DNA of 64,000 bases, from contig CAXRHT010000002.1 of assembly GCA_964230645.1 (NCBI GenBank), forward strand, positions 1,632,001 through 1,696,000, given 5' to 3'. Shown piece by piece: positions 37,433 through 48,268 of this stretch (within the stretch, counting starts at the first letter, position 1; every line of letters starts with the position of its first letter). Both the position numbers and the translations under genes were made by a program. The DNA comes from Bdellovibrionales bacterium. Its GTDB lineage: Bacteria > Bdellovibrionota > Bdellovibrionia > Bdellovibrionales > JAGQZY01. The notes under the pieces were generated by a model. The model had not been told where the DNA came from. It did no database searches and saw only the letters and a program-made list of their open reading frames with translations.

Positions 37433-37621
37433 ATGTTTAACGAAGAAGAGCTTTTTTTTACATGTCCCTACTGCGCACAAAGAATCTCATTTCTTTGCGA
37501 GCAAATCTACGGCAATCAAACCTATATTGAAGACTGCGAGGTCTGCTGCCAACCCATCCAAATTCGCTTGATTACAGAAGATGGCAAGATACAGAGTTTT
37601 GATGTGCAAAGAGCGGACTAG
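37433..37621 (+). CDS. CPXCG-motif cysteine-rich small protein
   Basis: CPYCA...YIEDCEVCCQPI. Confidence 0.9.
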   Translation: MFNEEELFFTCPYCAQRISFLCEQIYGNQTYIEDCEVCCQPIQIRLITEDGKIQSFDVQRAD

Positions 37622-37642
37622 ATTAAGAAGCCAATCGCAGAT

Positions 37643-38833
37643 CTAGGATTGATCAATGTCAATTAACAAGAAATGTACCCCGTCTTGAAAATCTCGAGGG
37701 CTATGAACCTCAAAAGCACCCCACGAATTGAGAACAATAACGTGCCCCTCTAATGGACCGGTCTCCAATAGCCCTATCGCTGCTACAGCGTGACCAATTT
37801 CCGAGGCCATATGAGGCATCAAATCGGCAACCATTTGATCATTGGGCGCTTCACCACTTTCAAGTCGCTTAATCGTTTGACTGAGAGCTTTGGTGCGCGT
37901 GAAAATTTGGCCTATGGAACGGAATACCTTACGAACACCTCGCTGGTAGGGAATAAGACCAGCTTTCGGTACCTGCGTATGATACCCCATGGCCGTCGTT
38001 GTCATATTTTGTGTTTGAGTTCTATCAACAATACCACCGACAACAGCTTTCCCACCCTTTGATAAGTGGCTTAAAAACTCGCTCACTTGGGTCGTTTCCT
38101 TAGCCTTGAGATCAAACGGGATATTAACTCTTGGCTGCTCATCATTGGCTCTTTCATTATCGGTCACTTGGTGTCTAATAGCATCTTGGTTGGCTTTTTG
38201 AGTCCTACTTTTGAACTCACTGAAGATGGTCAAAATATCTTTAGGGGCCAACGAAGGCTTACTCCCCTGGGTATAGCCTTCAGGCCACATGCGAACGTAA
38301 AGATCATCGAGAAGCATCCTGACATTCTGATGATAGGAGAACTCATTAACTTGGCTATCGCTTTCGATCTGTCTACCGGAAAGGGTCACAGGTTCAATCC
38401 CCTCGCGAAGAGCCAAAGCGTTTATAGCTGAAACGTTAGCACAAAGGTTACATGACCCTTCCGTCTGGTAAATCATTGGAGGTAAAAAACTGGATCGGCT
38501 GGGTCGGAATTCTCCGCCTGGCTGGCCATCTATGAGAATGTCGTTGCCTCGAAAATAGTAAGTGTCCAAATTTGAATCGGTAAAAATCCAAACGGGTTCA
38601 TTGAGATCTTTATTGGGCTGAGTTCGCCCGACAACCACAAGCTCCAATGGGTCACCAGCGACCCAGTCGGTTTCTCGATTGGCTGAAAGTAAACTGCGAT
38701 CGTGAAGTACCACATTTACCATTTGCCCATTTTTTAATGGCGATAAGTCGAAAACATTCTTACAAGTTAATGCGTGGGCTGATAAGGAAAACAAAAGGGC
38801 GAAAAAAACAACAGAGGTTCTCATGACTAACAC
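37643..38833 (-). CDS. Secreted papain-fold cysteine peptidase-like protein
   Basis: Signal peptide; YQTEGSC, GHAVAAIG, VLNSWG. Confidence 0.65.
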   Translation of the reverse strand: MLVMRTSVVFFALLFSLSAHALTCKNVFDLSPLKNGQMVNVVLHDRSLLSANRETDWVAGDPLELVVVGRTQPNKDLNEPVWIFTDSNLDTYYFRGNDILIDGQPGGEFRPSRSSFLPPMIYQTEGSCNLCANVSAINALALREGIEPVTLSGRQIESDSQVNEFSYHQNVRMLLDDLYVRMWPEGYTQGSKPSLAPKDILTIFSEFKSRTQKANQDAIRHQVTDNERANDEQPRVNIPFDLKAKETTQVSEFLSHLSKGGKAVVGGIVDRTQTQNMTTTAMGYHTQVPKAGLIPYQRGVRKVFRSIGQIFTRTKALSQTIKRLESGEAPNDQMVADLMPHMASEIGHAVAAIGLLETGPLEGHVIVLNSWGAFEVHSPRDFQDGVHFLLIDIDQS

Positions 38834-39017
38834 AACTCCTAGATTTAACGGGAACTATGTTTTTAATTCAGAAAATTAGCTTGGGCAAAAGTTAGAGAGT
38901 TCACCTGTAAATAGGTAAGGACTGTCAAAACTCTCAACATTTATTAAACTTCTTATTCGTTTGGTTGCGATGCGAATCACTCAATGTATTGCTGAGTCCC
39001 ACGGTCGTCGCTCATTT

Positions 39018-39166
39018 TTGTTCCGCTTGTTGTCCCGCTTGTTGTTCCGCTTGTCGTCCTGAGGCGAAGCCGAAGGACCTGGTTCCATAGATCCTTCGGC
39101 TTCGCCTCAGGATGACTTTGAACTTTGAGCCTCAGGATGACGTTGAACTTTGAGCTATAAGATGAC
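39018..39166. repeat. YGTC-tagged palindromic dimer with tandem end duplications
   Basis: TGTCGTCCTGAGGCGAAGCCGAAGGACCT (39052-39080) / AGATCCTTCGGCTTCGCCTCAGGATGAC (39089-39116); 12-bp tandem on left, 25-bp tandem on right. Confidence 0.9.
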
Positions 39167-39194
39167 GCCCCCCCAGTTAACAGGGGCGACGGAG

Positions 39195-40223
39195 TTAATT
39201 TTTGTAGATCACTTTAGTGAGTAAATGGGTCTCCTCAGCGAATTTAGTTTGAGGCTCCAGTTTTCCCAGAGTTTTATTGAGGGGCTTTTTTATATAATTA
39301 GTAAAAAATGGTTCGTGGAAGTTCTTTGGGAACTCTTGAATGGCCCAATCGAGATCGGGATCATCTCCTAATTGGATTGAGTCAGCGAGGCCCCAAAAAC
39401 CTTTGGGCTTACACACTCGTAAACTCTCTTTGATCACATTTTCACGCACCTTTTCTGGTAACTCATGATGAAGATAAACAGAGACTACGGCATCAAACCA
39501 ATTGTCTTTAAAAGGAAGCTTCTCACCATCTCCCACTATAAGATTCACGTTTTTATTTTCTATGAAGCGTTTTCGCCCATGGCGAATATAATTGGGTGAT
39601 AAATCAAGACCCGTGATTTCAGCTTGCGGAAGGCTTAAGCTCATAAATTCTGTGAACGTTCCGGAGCCGCAGCCAATCTCTAGTATTCTAAAAGACTTTC
39701 TATTTTTAAATTTCTGGTAAAGGGGCCGCAAGAGCCTCCTTCTCATCGGATCAGCGGTTCCTCGAAACAAGAGTTCAACTTGATGCTCATACAAATAAGC
39801 GGAGTGATCGCTCAGGTATCCGTCCGTCTGATGGTGGAAGTTTCGTTGATAGTATTTAGGGTAACGCCCCAACTCCTCTTTGATTTTCTTTGAAAAACTT
39901 TGCGTGTCTTTTTCCCGCCGACGCCAAAAACTTTTCGAACTATCAAATAGGATCTGAAACCAGCGGGAGAAATGATCTGAGGGGGATTCGGGACGAAGCA
40001 TTCTCAAGGGCCACTGAAGATCCGCAAAATCTTGCGCATCTTCTTTTAAGAGCTGCCTGACTTTATTCAGAAGATCATTTCTTTCCTCAGTCGAGGGAAT
40101 CTTTCCCACCTCTCCAGTGACAAGACGATGCATGAGCGGAAGGGGTAAGCTTTCAGCGGAATAAAGGAGAGCTCTAGCGTGACTGATTCCTTCTACCGTT
40201 TTGTACTTTAAGAACGAGTTCAT
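39195..40223 (-). CDS. Class I SAM-dependent methyltransferase
   Basis: ILEIGCGSG, GLDLSP, LPFKDNWFDAV; YYQRNFHHQTDGYLS. Confidence 0.88.
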   Translation of the reverse strand: MNSFLKYKTVEGISHARALLYSAESLPLPLMHRLVTGEVGKIPSTEERNDLLNKVRQLLKEDAQDFADLQWPLRMLRPESPSDHFSRWFQILFDSSKSFWRRREKDTQSFSKKIKEELGRYPKYYQRNFHHQTDGYLSDHSAYLYEHQVELLFRGTADPMRRRLLRPLYQKFKNRKSFRILEIGCGSGTFTEFMSLSLPQAEITGLDLSPNYIRHGRKRFIENKNVNLIVGDGEKLPFKDNWFDAVVSVYLHHELPEKVRENVIKESLRVCKPKGFWGLADSIQLGDDPDLDWAIQEFPKNFHEPFFTNYIKKPLNKTLGKLEPQTKFAEETHLLTKVIYKN

Positions 40224-40228
40224 AGTAT

Positions 40229-40885
40229 TTAGACCTCCACCGGACAGACGTCCCAGCCTCTTTTCACTCCGGGCCTTTTTTTGATTTCCTCAAGCCAGGT
40301 GCTCACCTTACTAAAATCACCAAGTTTTAGAATGTCGCTAGCTTCATAAAACTCAGACAAACAATCCACCCAAGGGGCAATTGCAAAATCGGCAATGGAA
40401 ATTTCAGAGCCCGCTATGTATTTTGATTTTTCTAACTGGCCATCAATAACGCCCAACAATCTTTTTGTCTCTTTGGTGTACCTTTCAACAGGATAAGGAT
40501 GATCGCATTTGTCTTTTGCGTATTTAAAAAAGTGACCAAACTGCCCGAACATGGGACCCACATGCCCTACCTGAAAGAACAACCACTGTAGGGTTCGATT
40601 GCGCTTCACAGGGTCCTTGGATAAAAAGCGTCCTGACTTTTCCGCCAAGTAAATTAAGATCGCACCGGATTCCATAATATTGAGAGGTTTGCCGTTATCC
40701 CCTTCAGGATCGACAAGCGCAGGAATTTTCGAGTTGGGATTGATTTTAATAAAGGAATCTTCAAATTGGTCCCCCTCTAAAATGTCGATGCGATGGGCGT
40801 CGTACTCAAGTTCCATTTCTTCTAAAGCGATTGAGGCTTTCTTTCCATTGGGCGTGGCCAGTGAGTAGAGTTGAAGTTTCGACAT
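40229..40885 (-). CDS. Glutathione S-transferase, YfcG/YghU-like
   Basis: ATPNG, INPNSKIPAL, ESGAILIYLA, GPMFGQ. Confidence 0.9.
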   Translation of the reverse strand: MSKLQLYSLATPNGKKASIALEEMELEYDAHRIDILEGDQFEDSFIKINPNSKIPALVDPEGDNGKPLNIMESGAILIYLAEKSGRFLSKDPVKRNRTLQWLFFQVGHVGPMFGQFGHFFKYAKDKCDHPYPVERYTKETKRLLGVIDGQLEKSKYIAGSEISIADFAIAPWVDCLSEFYEASDILKLGDFSKVSTWLEEIKKRPGVKRGWDVCPVEV

Positions 40886-41030
40886 TAGGACCTCCTTGAG
40901 TTCTTAGAACTCCCTTTCACTTGCAGTGAATAGACAACAGCCCATTTCTGACTCGGTGTATTTTTAAGTTTCCAGTGAAAAGAAGACATAATCTTGATCT
41001 CCAAGTATAGTGATAAGCGCATAAGGAGTC

Positions 41031-41582
41031 TTGATGAAACTTAAACAAATAGCTCTTATTTTTCTTCTCATCTTCACTGGCCTAACCCTTGGTGCCAAGA
41101 GTTTTCACGCGATTAAGATCAATAAAATTGGAGGTAAAAAACCTATGGACTTACAAGAATACAAAGGAAAAACCCTGCTGGTCGTTAATATCGCCACAAA
41201 GTGTGGCTACACCCCTCAACTCGAGGGACTCGAAGCCCTTTATCAAAAGTATAAATCCAAAAACTTTGAAGTTTTGGGTGTGCCCAGCAACGAATTTGGT
41301 GGGCAAACCCCTGAGGAAAATCAAGAGGTTAAGAAGTTCTGTAAACTCAATTACGGCGTGAGCTTTCCTCTCACTGAAAAAACTCAGGTGAAAGGCGATG
41401 ATAAACACCCCATGATGAAAAACCTTATTGAGCAATCCGAAGGCTCAAAAGAGATCGCCTGGAACTTTGAAAAATTTCTAGTGAACTCTGAGGGAGAGCT
41501 TGTGGCTCGCTACGATTCAAAAATGAAGCCCACCGACAGTGAGCTTGAGAAAAAAGTAGCTGAAATCACTGGTAAAAATTAA
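41031..41582 (+). CDS. Glutathione peroxidase, exported
   Basis: NIATKCGYTPQ, PSNEFGGQ, WNFEKFLV; signal peptide. Confidence 0.93.
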   Translation: MMKLKQIALIFLLIFTGLTLGAKSFHAIKINKIGGKKPMDLQEYKGKTLLVVNIATKCGYTPQLEGLEALYQKYKSKNFEVLGVPSNEFGGQTPEENQEVKKFCKLNYGVSFPLTEKTQVKGDDKHPMMKNLIEQSEGSKEIAWNFEKFLVNSEGELVARYDSKMKPTDSELEKKVAEITGKN

Positions 41583-41687
41583 ATACCCCACCCCCTTGTG
41601 AAGATTTTGCCCAAAACAAGGGGAAACCTCTGGAATTATTGGAAAATAATTGTTTTTATGAGCCTGTCTTGATAGAACTTTGCGGCT

Positions 41688-42086
41688 GTGACCATGATAG
41701 AGAACACTTATTCGGAAAAAACCCGGGACATCCAAGTGGAAGTTGTCCCCATTTACGTGCCTGACCAAACTCAGTTCGTCGACCAGTATCTTTATACGTA
41801 TAATATCAAGATCACGAACCACTCCCCTAAACCCTGCCAACTTTTAAAACGGCACTGGATCATCGTTGATGGTTTTGGAAGAAAAGAAGAGGTTGAGGGC
41901 GAAGGTGTTGTGGGTGAGCAACCCATTATCGAGCCTGGAGACTCCTATGAGTATTCTAGTTATTGTCCCCTGCCCACACCCACTGGCAATATGAGGGGCT
42001 TTTTTCTTTTCATAGACTCTGACAAAGAGGACTTCTCAGTCAGAGTGCCTGTGTTTTTCCTACGCCAAGACGCCATTGTTCAATAG
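41688..42086 (+). CDS. apaG: ApaG protein
   Basis: QLLKRHWII, GEGVVGEQP, YSSYCPL..GNMRG. Confidence 0.93.
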   Translation: MTMIENTYSEKTRDIQVEVVPIYVPDQTQFVDQYLYTYNIKITNHSPKPCQLLKRHWIIVDGFGRKEEVEGEGVVGEQPIIEPGDSYEYSSYCPLPTPTGNMRGFFLFIDSDKEDFSVRVPVFFLRQDAIVQ

Positions 42087-42104
42087 CTGAAATACGCTCT
42101 CTGA

Positions 42105-44402
<2,298 letters not shown>

Positions 44403-44498
44403 TTTATAATTTTTTTTAATGACCCTGCATGCAAACGAATAATTTGTAGTAATCTAAAATGCTGCTATATCTAAGTTATCCGCTAATAAGGAGGAGAT

Positions 44499-44903
44499 AT
44501 GGCAGCAAAATTCTTTCTTTCTTTTTTAACTTTTTTAACCGTCGCTAGCGCCCAGTCCGCAGGCATTGAAGACCTTAAAAATGAGGTTATAGAAATTGCC
44601 CCTATCCGCTATCAGGTCAGTGACCTATGCCCTCCAGGAGTTTTGTGTGTCACCGACGGCACCCAAGTGGACCTTGAGTACGAATGGCCCTGTGACACAA
44701 AAGTTCTTCGTTTTACTTACAATGTAAAATCCGAAAAAGGGCGCATCCACCTCTATATCGATACGACCATTAGCTATGCTGCCTACGAATCCGATGTCAC
44801 TTGTCAGGGCCTTGTGCGTGAAAATAAAAATATCACCCTTCCCAATCACTACGGGGAAGTGATTTTACATACCACTGCCAATCCTGATCTAGCGACCATC
44901 TAA
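44499..44903 (+). CDS. Secreted hypothetical protein
   Basis: Signal peptide; CPPGVLCVTDGT; strong RBS. Confidence 0.75.
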   Translation: MAAKFFLSFLTFLTVASAQSAGIEDLKNEVIEIAPIRYQVSDLCPPGVLCVTDGTQVDLEYEWPCDTKVLRFTYNVKSEKGRIHLYIDTTISYAAYESDVTCQGLVRENKNITLPNHYGEVILHTTANPDLATI

Positions 44904-45494
44904 AATCTTTCTAAATGTTAAATTGATTCGAGGTCCCAATGGCCTGGACCTCTTTGGGAGTGAATGCTTCCAATGGTGCTGAGTCTCCCCTCTCATAAGT
45001 AAAAGACTACCGTTTTCAAGCCGGATTTTTTGGGACCACCCCTCACGAGTCGTGTGCTTGATAAGAAAGTCCCTTTCCTCGCCGAAACTCAAGGAGGCAA
45101 TAATGGGATTGTCTCCAAGCTCCTTTTCATTATCACTGTGCCAGCCATTGCTATCTTTTTCGTGCCGATAGAGGTTCAAGAGCACGCTGTTAAATTGCTC
45201 TTTTGTCTCTGTCTCTACCTCATTTTTAATTTTCTTTAAAAGAGGCGTCCAGGGTTCGGGCTCAAGCTTGAGCCCTGAATAGGTGTAACTCAAGCCTGGA
45301 TCAGCGACCCAGCTTACCAGTCTTGGCTGTGGGTGCACTCGACCAAATACCTTCACACTTTCTTGTCGCCACTGAATGGTCGTGTGGAGTTCGGTAAAAA
45401 TATTAGAGGCCATTTTTTCCGGGTAAAAATGGGATTTGTAGTAAAGTTCGCCGTCCCCAGGGAGAAGATTTTCCATAGGGAATAGTGTTAGCAC
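44889..45494 (-). CDS. AlkB-family (ALKBH2/3-like) 2OG-Fe(II) dioxygenase
   Basis: FNSVLLNLYR, GWHSDNE, WKHSLPK, RINLTFR. Confidence 0.92.
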   Translation of the reverse strand: MLTLFPMENLLPGDGELYYKSHFYPEKMASNIFTELHTTIQWRQESVKVFGRVHPQPRLVSWVADPGLSYTYSGLKLEPEPWTPLLKKIKNEVETETKEQFNSVLLNLYRHEKDSNGWHSDNEKELGDNPIIASLSFGEERDFLIKHTTREGWSQKIRLENGSLLLMRGETQHHWKHSLPKRSRPLGPRINLTFRKILDGR

Positions 45495-45606
45495 TGAATG
45501 GGCATTTGTGACATTTTTTTTGCTAAAAATTAAACCCGATTTTCACAATTTATAAGTTGCTAGAGGTTTTGAAAATTATAGAATTAGGAAAAAGGAGAAA
45601 CACACT

Positions 45607-46002
45607 ATGAAATACTTAGTACTGATTGCTTTTCTTATGACAGGGTCCCTCGCTTTTGGGAAAGCTAAAAGTTGCACGGATTACTCTCAATTTAAAGACG
45701 TTTCAAAAAATGAAATGCAAACGATTGTAAAAAAGAAGAAAGCCACAATTGTTGATGTTAACTCAGAGTCTTCTTTCGAAGACACCCACATTCCCGGAGC
45801 GGTTCATTTTGCTTCCGTCAAAGGTAACTTTTCGAAAGTTCTACCCAAAGACAAGAATGCCATGGTCGTAGCCTATTGCGGCGGTAAAATGTGCACAGCT
45901 TGGCAAAGAGCCGCCAAGATGGCCTGCGAAATGGGTTATAAAAACATCCGTCACTTCAGCGAGGGGATCTCTGGCTGGAAAGCTATGAACAAAAAGGGCT
46001 AA
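45607..46002 (+). CDS. Exported rhodanese-like domain protein
   Basis: IVDVN..HIPGAV, AYCGG, GISGW. Confidence 0.88.
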   Translation: MKYLVLIAFLMTGSLAFGKAKSCTDYSQFKDVSKNEMQTIVKKKKATIVDVNSESSFEDTHIPGAVHFASVKGNFSKVLPKDKNAMVVAYCGGKMCTAWQRAAKMACEMGYKNIRHFSEGISGWKAMNKKG

Positions 46003-46028
46003 TTCGAGTTCACCCTTTCAATGTTCAG

Positions 46029-46059
46029 AAAAGCCCTGAGTAATCGGGGCTTTTTTTTT
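46029..46059 (+). terminator. Intrinsic terminator
   Basis: AAAAGCCCTG-AGTAAT-CGGGGCTTTTTTTTT. Confidence 0.8.
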
Positions 46060-46200
46060 GCTGTCTCATATTGATATTTTTCTTGAGTCAAAGCTGCGCT
46101 AACTCATCGAAATTAGGCCAATACACCGCGACGCATCCACAAAAGGTGCCTGGCACCCAACGGGCATGTAAAATAGAAGTAGGAAAGGTAGGGAGAGCCA

Positions 46201-46830
46201 ATGAGTCTTGCCAGCAAAATCACATGCGTGAGTGTTTTAATTGGGTCCTTTTTGTTGATTCTAGCCACGGGGCGAGTAAACATTCGAAACTTTGAGAAGA
46301 TTCAACACTCCATTGAAGAAATTTATAAAGATCGATTGGTTGTAAAAGGTCTTATCTTCAAACTCTCCTCTCTCCTCCATGAAAAAGAAGTGGCTCTATT
46401 ATCCAATAATAAATCCTTTTTTGTTTCCAACAATGGCAATATCAATGATCAGATCGATCAACACTTAAAAGACTTTCGAGCCACAAAATTAACTACTCAA
46501 GAGGAGTTAACACTCAATCAATTTTCTCGAGGAACAAAGAAATTGCAGAAACTTGAAAAGCAATTGTCCCTTGAGTCCGAAAATTGGCTTACTCCCGAAA
46601 ACTCCAGAAACTTGATTAGCCAAATTGAAACCCTCCGAGCAAAGCTAAAAATTCTCTCAAGTATTCAGTTGTCAGAAGGGGAAAGAAAGCTCACTAACAG
46701 TGAAAAGGCTGTTGAGTCCATGAACCAATTTGAAAGCATTGAAAACTATGCCATGCTTTTTTTAAGCCTTCTCATTGCTGCTTTCATCTTCGCTCCCGGC
46801 CCCAAGAAACAGTTAAAAAAAGAAAATTAG
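46201..46830 (+). CDS. Stand-alone MCP four-helix-bundle sensor domain protein
   Basis: TM-IEEIYKDRL..TKLTTQEE-TM; no cytoplasmic signalling domain. Confidence 0.7.
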   Translation: MSLASKITCVSVLIGSFLLILATGRVNIRNFEKIQHSIEEIYKDRLVVKGLIFKLSSLLHEKEVALLSNNKSFFVSNNGNINDQIDQHLKDFRATKLTTQEELTLNQFSRGTKKLQKLEKQLSLESENWLTPENSRNLISQIETLRAKLKILSSIQLSEGERKLTNSEKAVESMNQFESIENYAMLFLSLLIAAFIFAPGPKKQLKKEN

Positions 46831-46963
46831 AAACATATTCCCTAGTCTACGAAATATTAAATGAAAGAATGACTCGACCTTAATCCGGTGTCCCTGCACA
46901 AGAGCTTAAAAAGTTTAGGCCACTGCTGTATCTTTTTCTAATAACTAAGGGGTTTGAGGAATA

Positions 46964-48139
46964 ATGCACATTCTCGCATTTGTAGTTCTAATCTCATCGG
47001 TTTATATTTTTCATCACCACTTCCCTCTTGGACATTCCCTCATTAAGGGTGAAAATAGCTTTGGCGAAAATCTTACTTTTCTTAGTTATTTTTCTATTAG
47101 TTTTTTTTATTTAGGTTACTTTTTAAAAACGCGAAAAAATATACTACTGTATTCTCCCTTATTTCTCTGGTTTTTAATTACAGCTTTAGAAGAAATCAGT
47201 TTTGGACAAAGTCTATTTTTTAAAAACACAAAACTTCTGCAATCAATCAACACACAAGGTGAGCTCAATCTTCACAATCTAAAGTTCATTGAAAACATCT
47301 GGGGTTTAGATGTTATTTACTATTACTTCCCACTGGCCTATATTCTTTTTCTATTTAATCATCATAAATCTTTAGTAATTCGTAACTTAAAGCTACTGCC
47401 GTTTTTTATTCTTCCGTTCTGGGATTCTATCTGGCCAACGGAGATTGAGTATTTTTATGGAGAGATGAGAGAGCTCGTTTTTTCAATGCTCTACTTTTTC
47501 TATATCTACAATGGATACTCAAAGAAACGTCTTCTCAAATGTGTTTTACTTGTAAATATCGTTGTCTCCCTAGGTTTAGCACAACTTTTAAGGGAAGGGG
47601 TGGTTTCTGTAGGATCATTGAAATCATTTGAACACAGGCGTTTCACCCAAGATCGAACCATTGCACCAGTACTTAGAGCTCAAAAAATTGTGGACAATGA
47701 AAGAGTCACAACAAAACTTAGATTTTTTATCCAACAAAAAGAGATCTCTGAATCAGACAAGAAAATTTTATCTGATCTTTATGAAAGTTTAATAGAATCT
47801 GATGACCTGCATGAACATCTACTAGCCACAACAACGCTCAAACTTCTAAATCAACAAACAAGCTTTCTGGAACTTTCCAAACAAATAATAGCCAGAACAA
47901 GTGGCAAAGAAGATCTCCCCTCTATCTTGGCTCAAATTTTAGCCACCCATAACCTAGGTACCAAAGCCGAGTTCACTACGATCAAAGAAAGGGCAAAGGT
48001 CCTAATAAATAAGGGCAATTTTTCGGCACGGAAAAGTCGTTTTATGGAGGAAAATTTGAAGTCAATTGATAGATACCAATCGGTTTCGCCCGGACACCTC
48101 ATTCTTTATATTAGAGATCCCTTCTATCGAATTCGCTGA
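46964..48139 (+). CDS. Polytopic membrane protein of unknown function
   Basis: Multiple TM segments; LEEISFGQ..NTQGELNLHN; AT-rich. Confidence 0.7.
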   Translation: MHILAFVVLISSVYIFHHHFPLGHSLIKGENSFGENLTFLSYFSISFFYLGYFLKTRKNILLYSPLFLWFLITALEEISFGQSLFFKNTKLLQSINTQGELNLHNLKFIENIWGLDVIYYYFPLAYILFLFNHHKSLVIRNLKLLPFFILPFWDSIWPTEIEYFYGEMRELVFSMLYFFYIYNGYSKKRLLKCVLLVNIVVSLGLAQLLREGVVSVGSLKSFEHRRFTQDRTIAPVLRAQKIVDNERVTTKLRFFIQQKEISESDKKILSDLYESLIESDDLHEHLLATTTLKLLNQQTSFLELSKQIIARTSGKEDLPSILAQILATHNLGTKAEFTTIKERAKVLINKGNFSARKSRFMEENLKSIDRYQSVSPGHLILYIRDPFYRIR

Positions 48140-48268
48140 AGGAATAAAGCATCTTTTTTGGCGCTAAAGACATTTATTTAAAAAGTAAAAGTGAACCTCT
48201 TTTGATCTTAAGTCAAAATCCCCGACTTTGGGACTGTGCTGTTTTGAGGCGAATTGGCCGATAAGTAA

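Noticed and set aside
41031..41582. Selenocysteine in the glutathione peroxidase (also checked the radical SAM gene)
   Set aside because: The active-site codon is TGT (Cys) and neither ORF has an in-frame TGA
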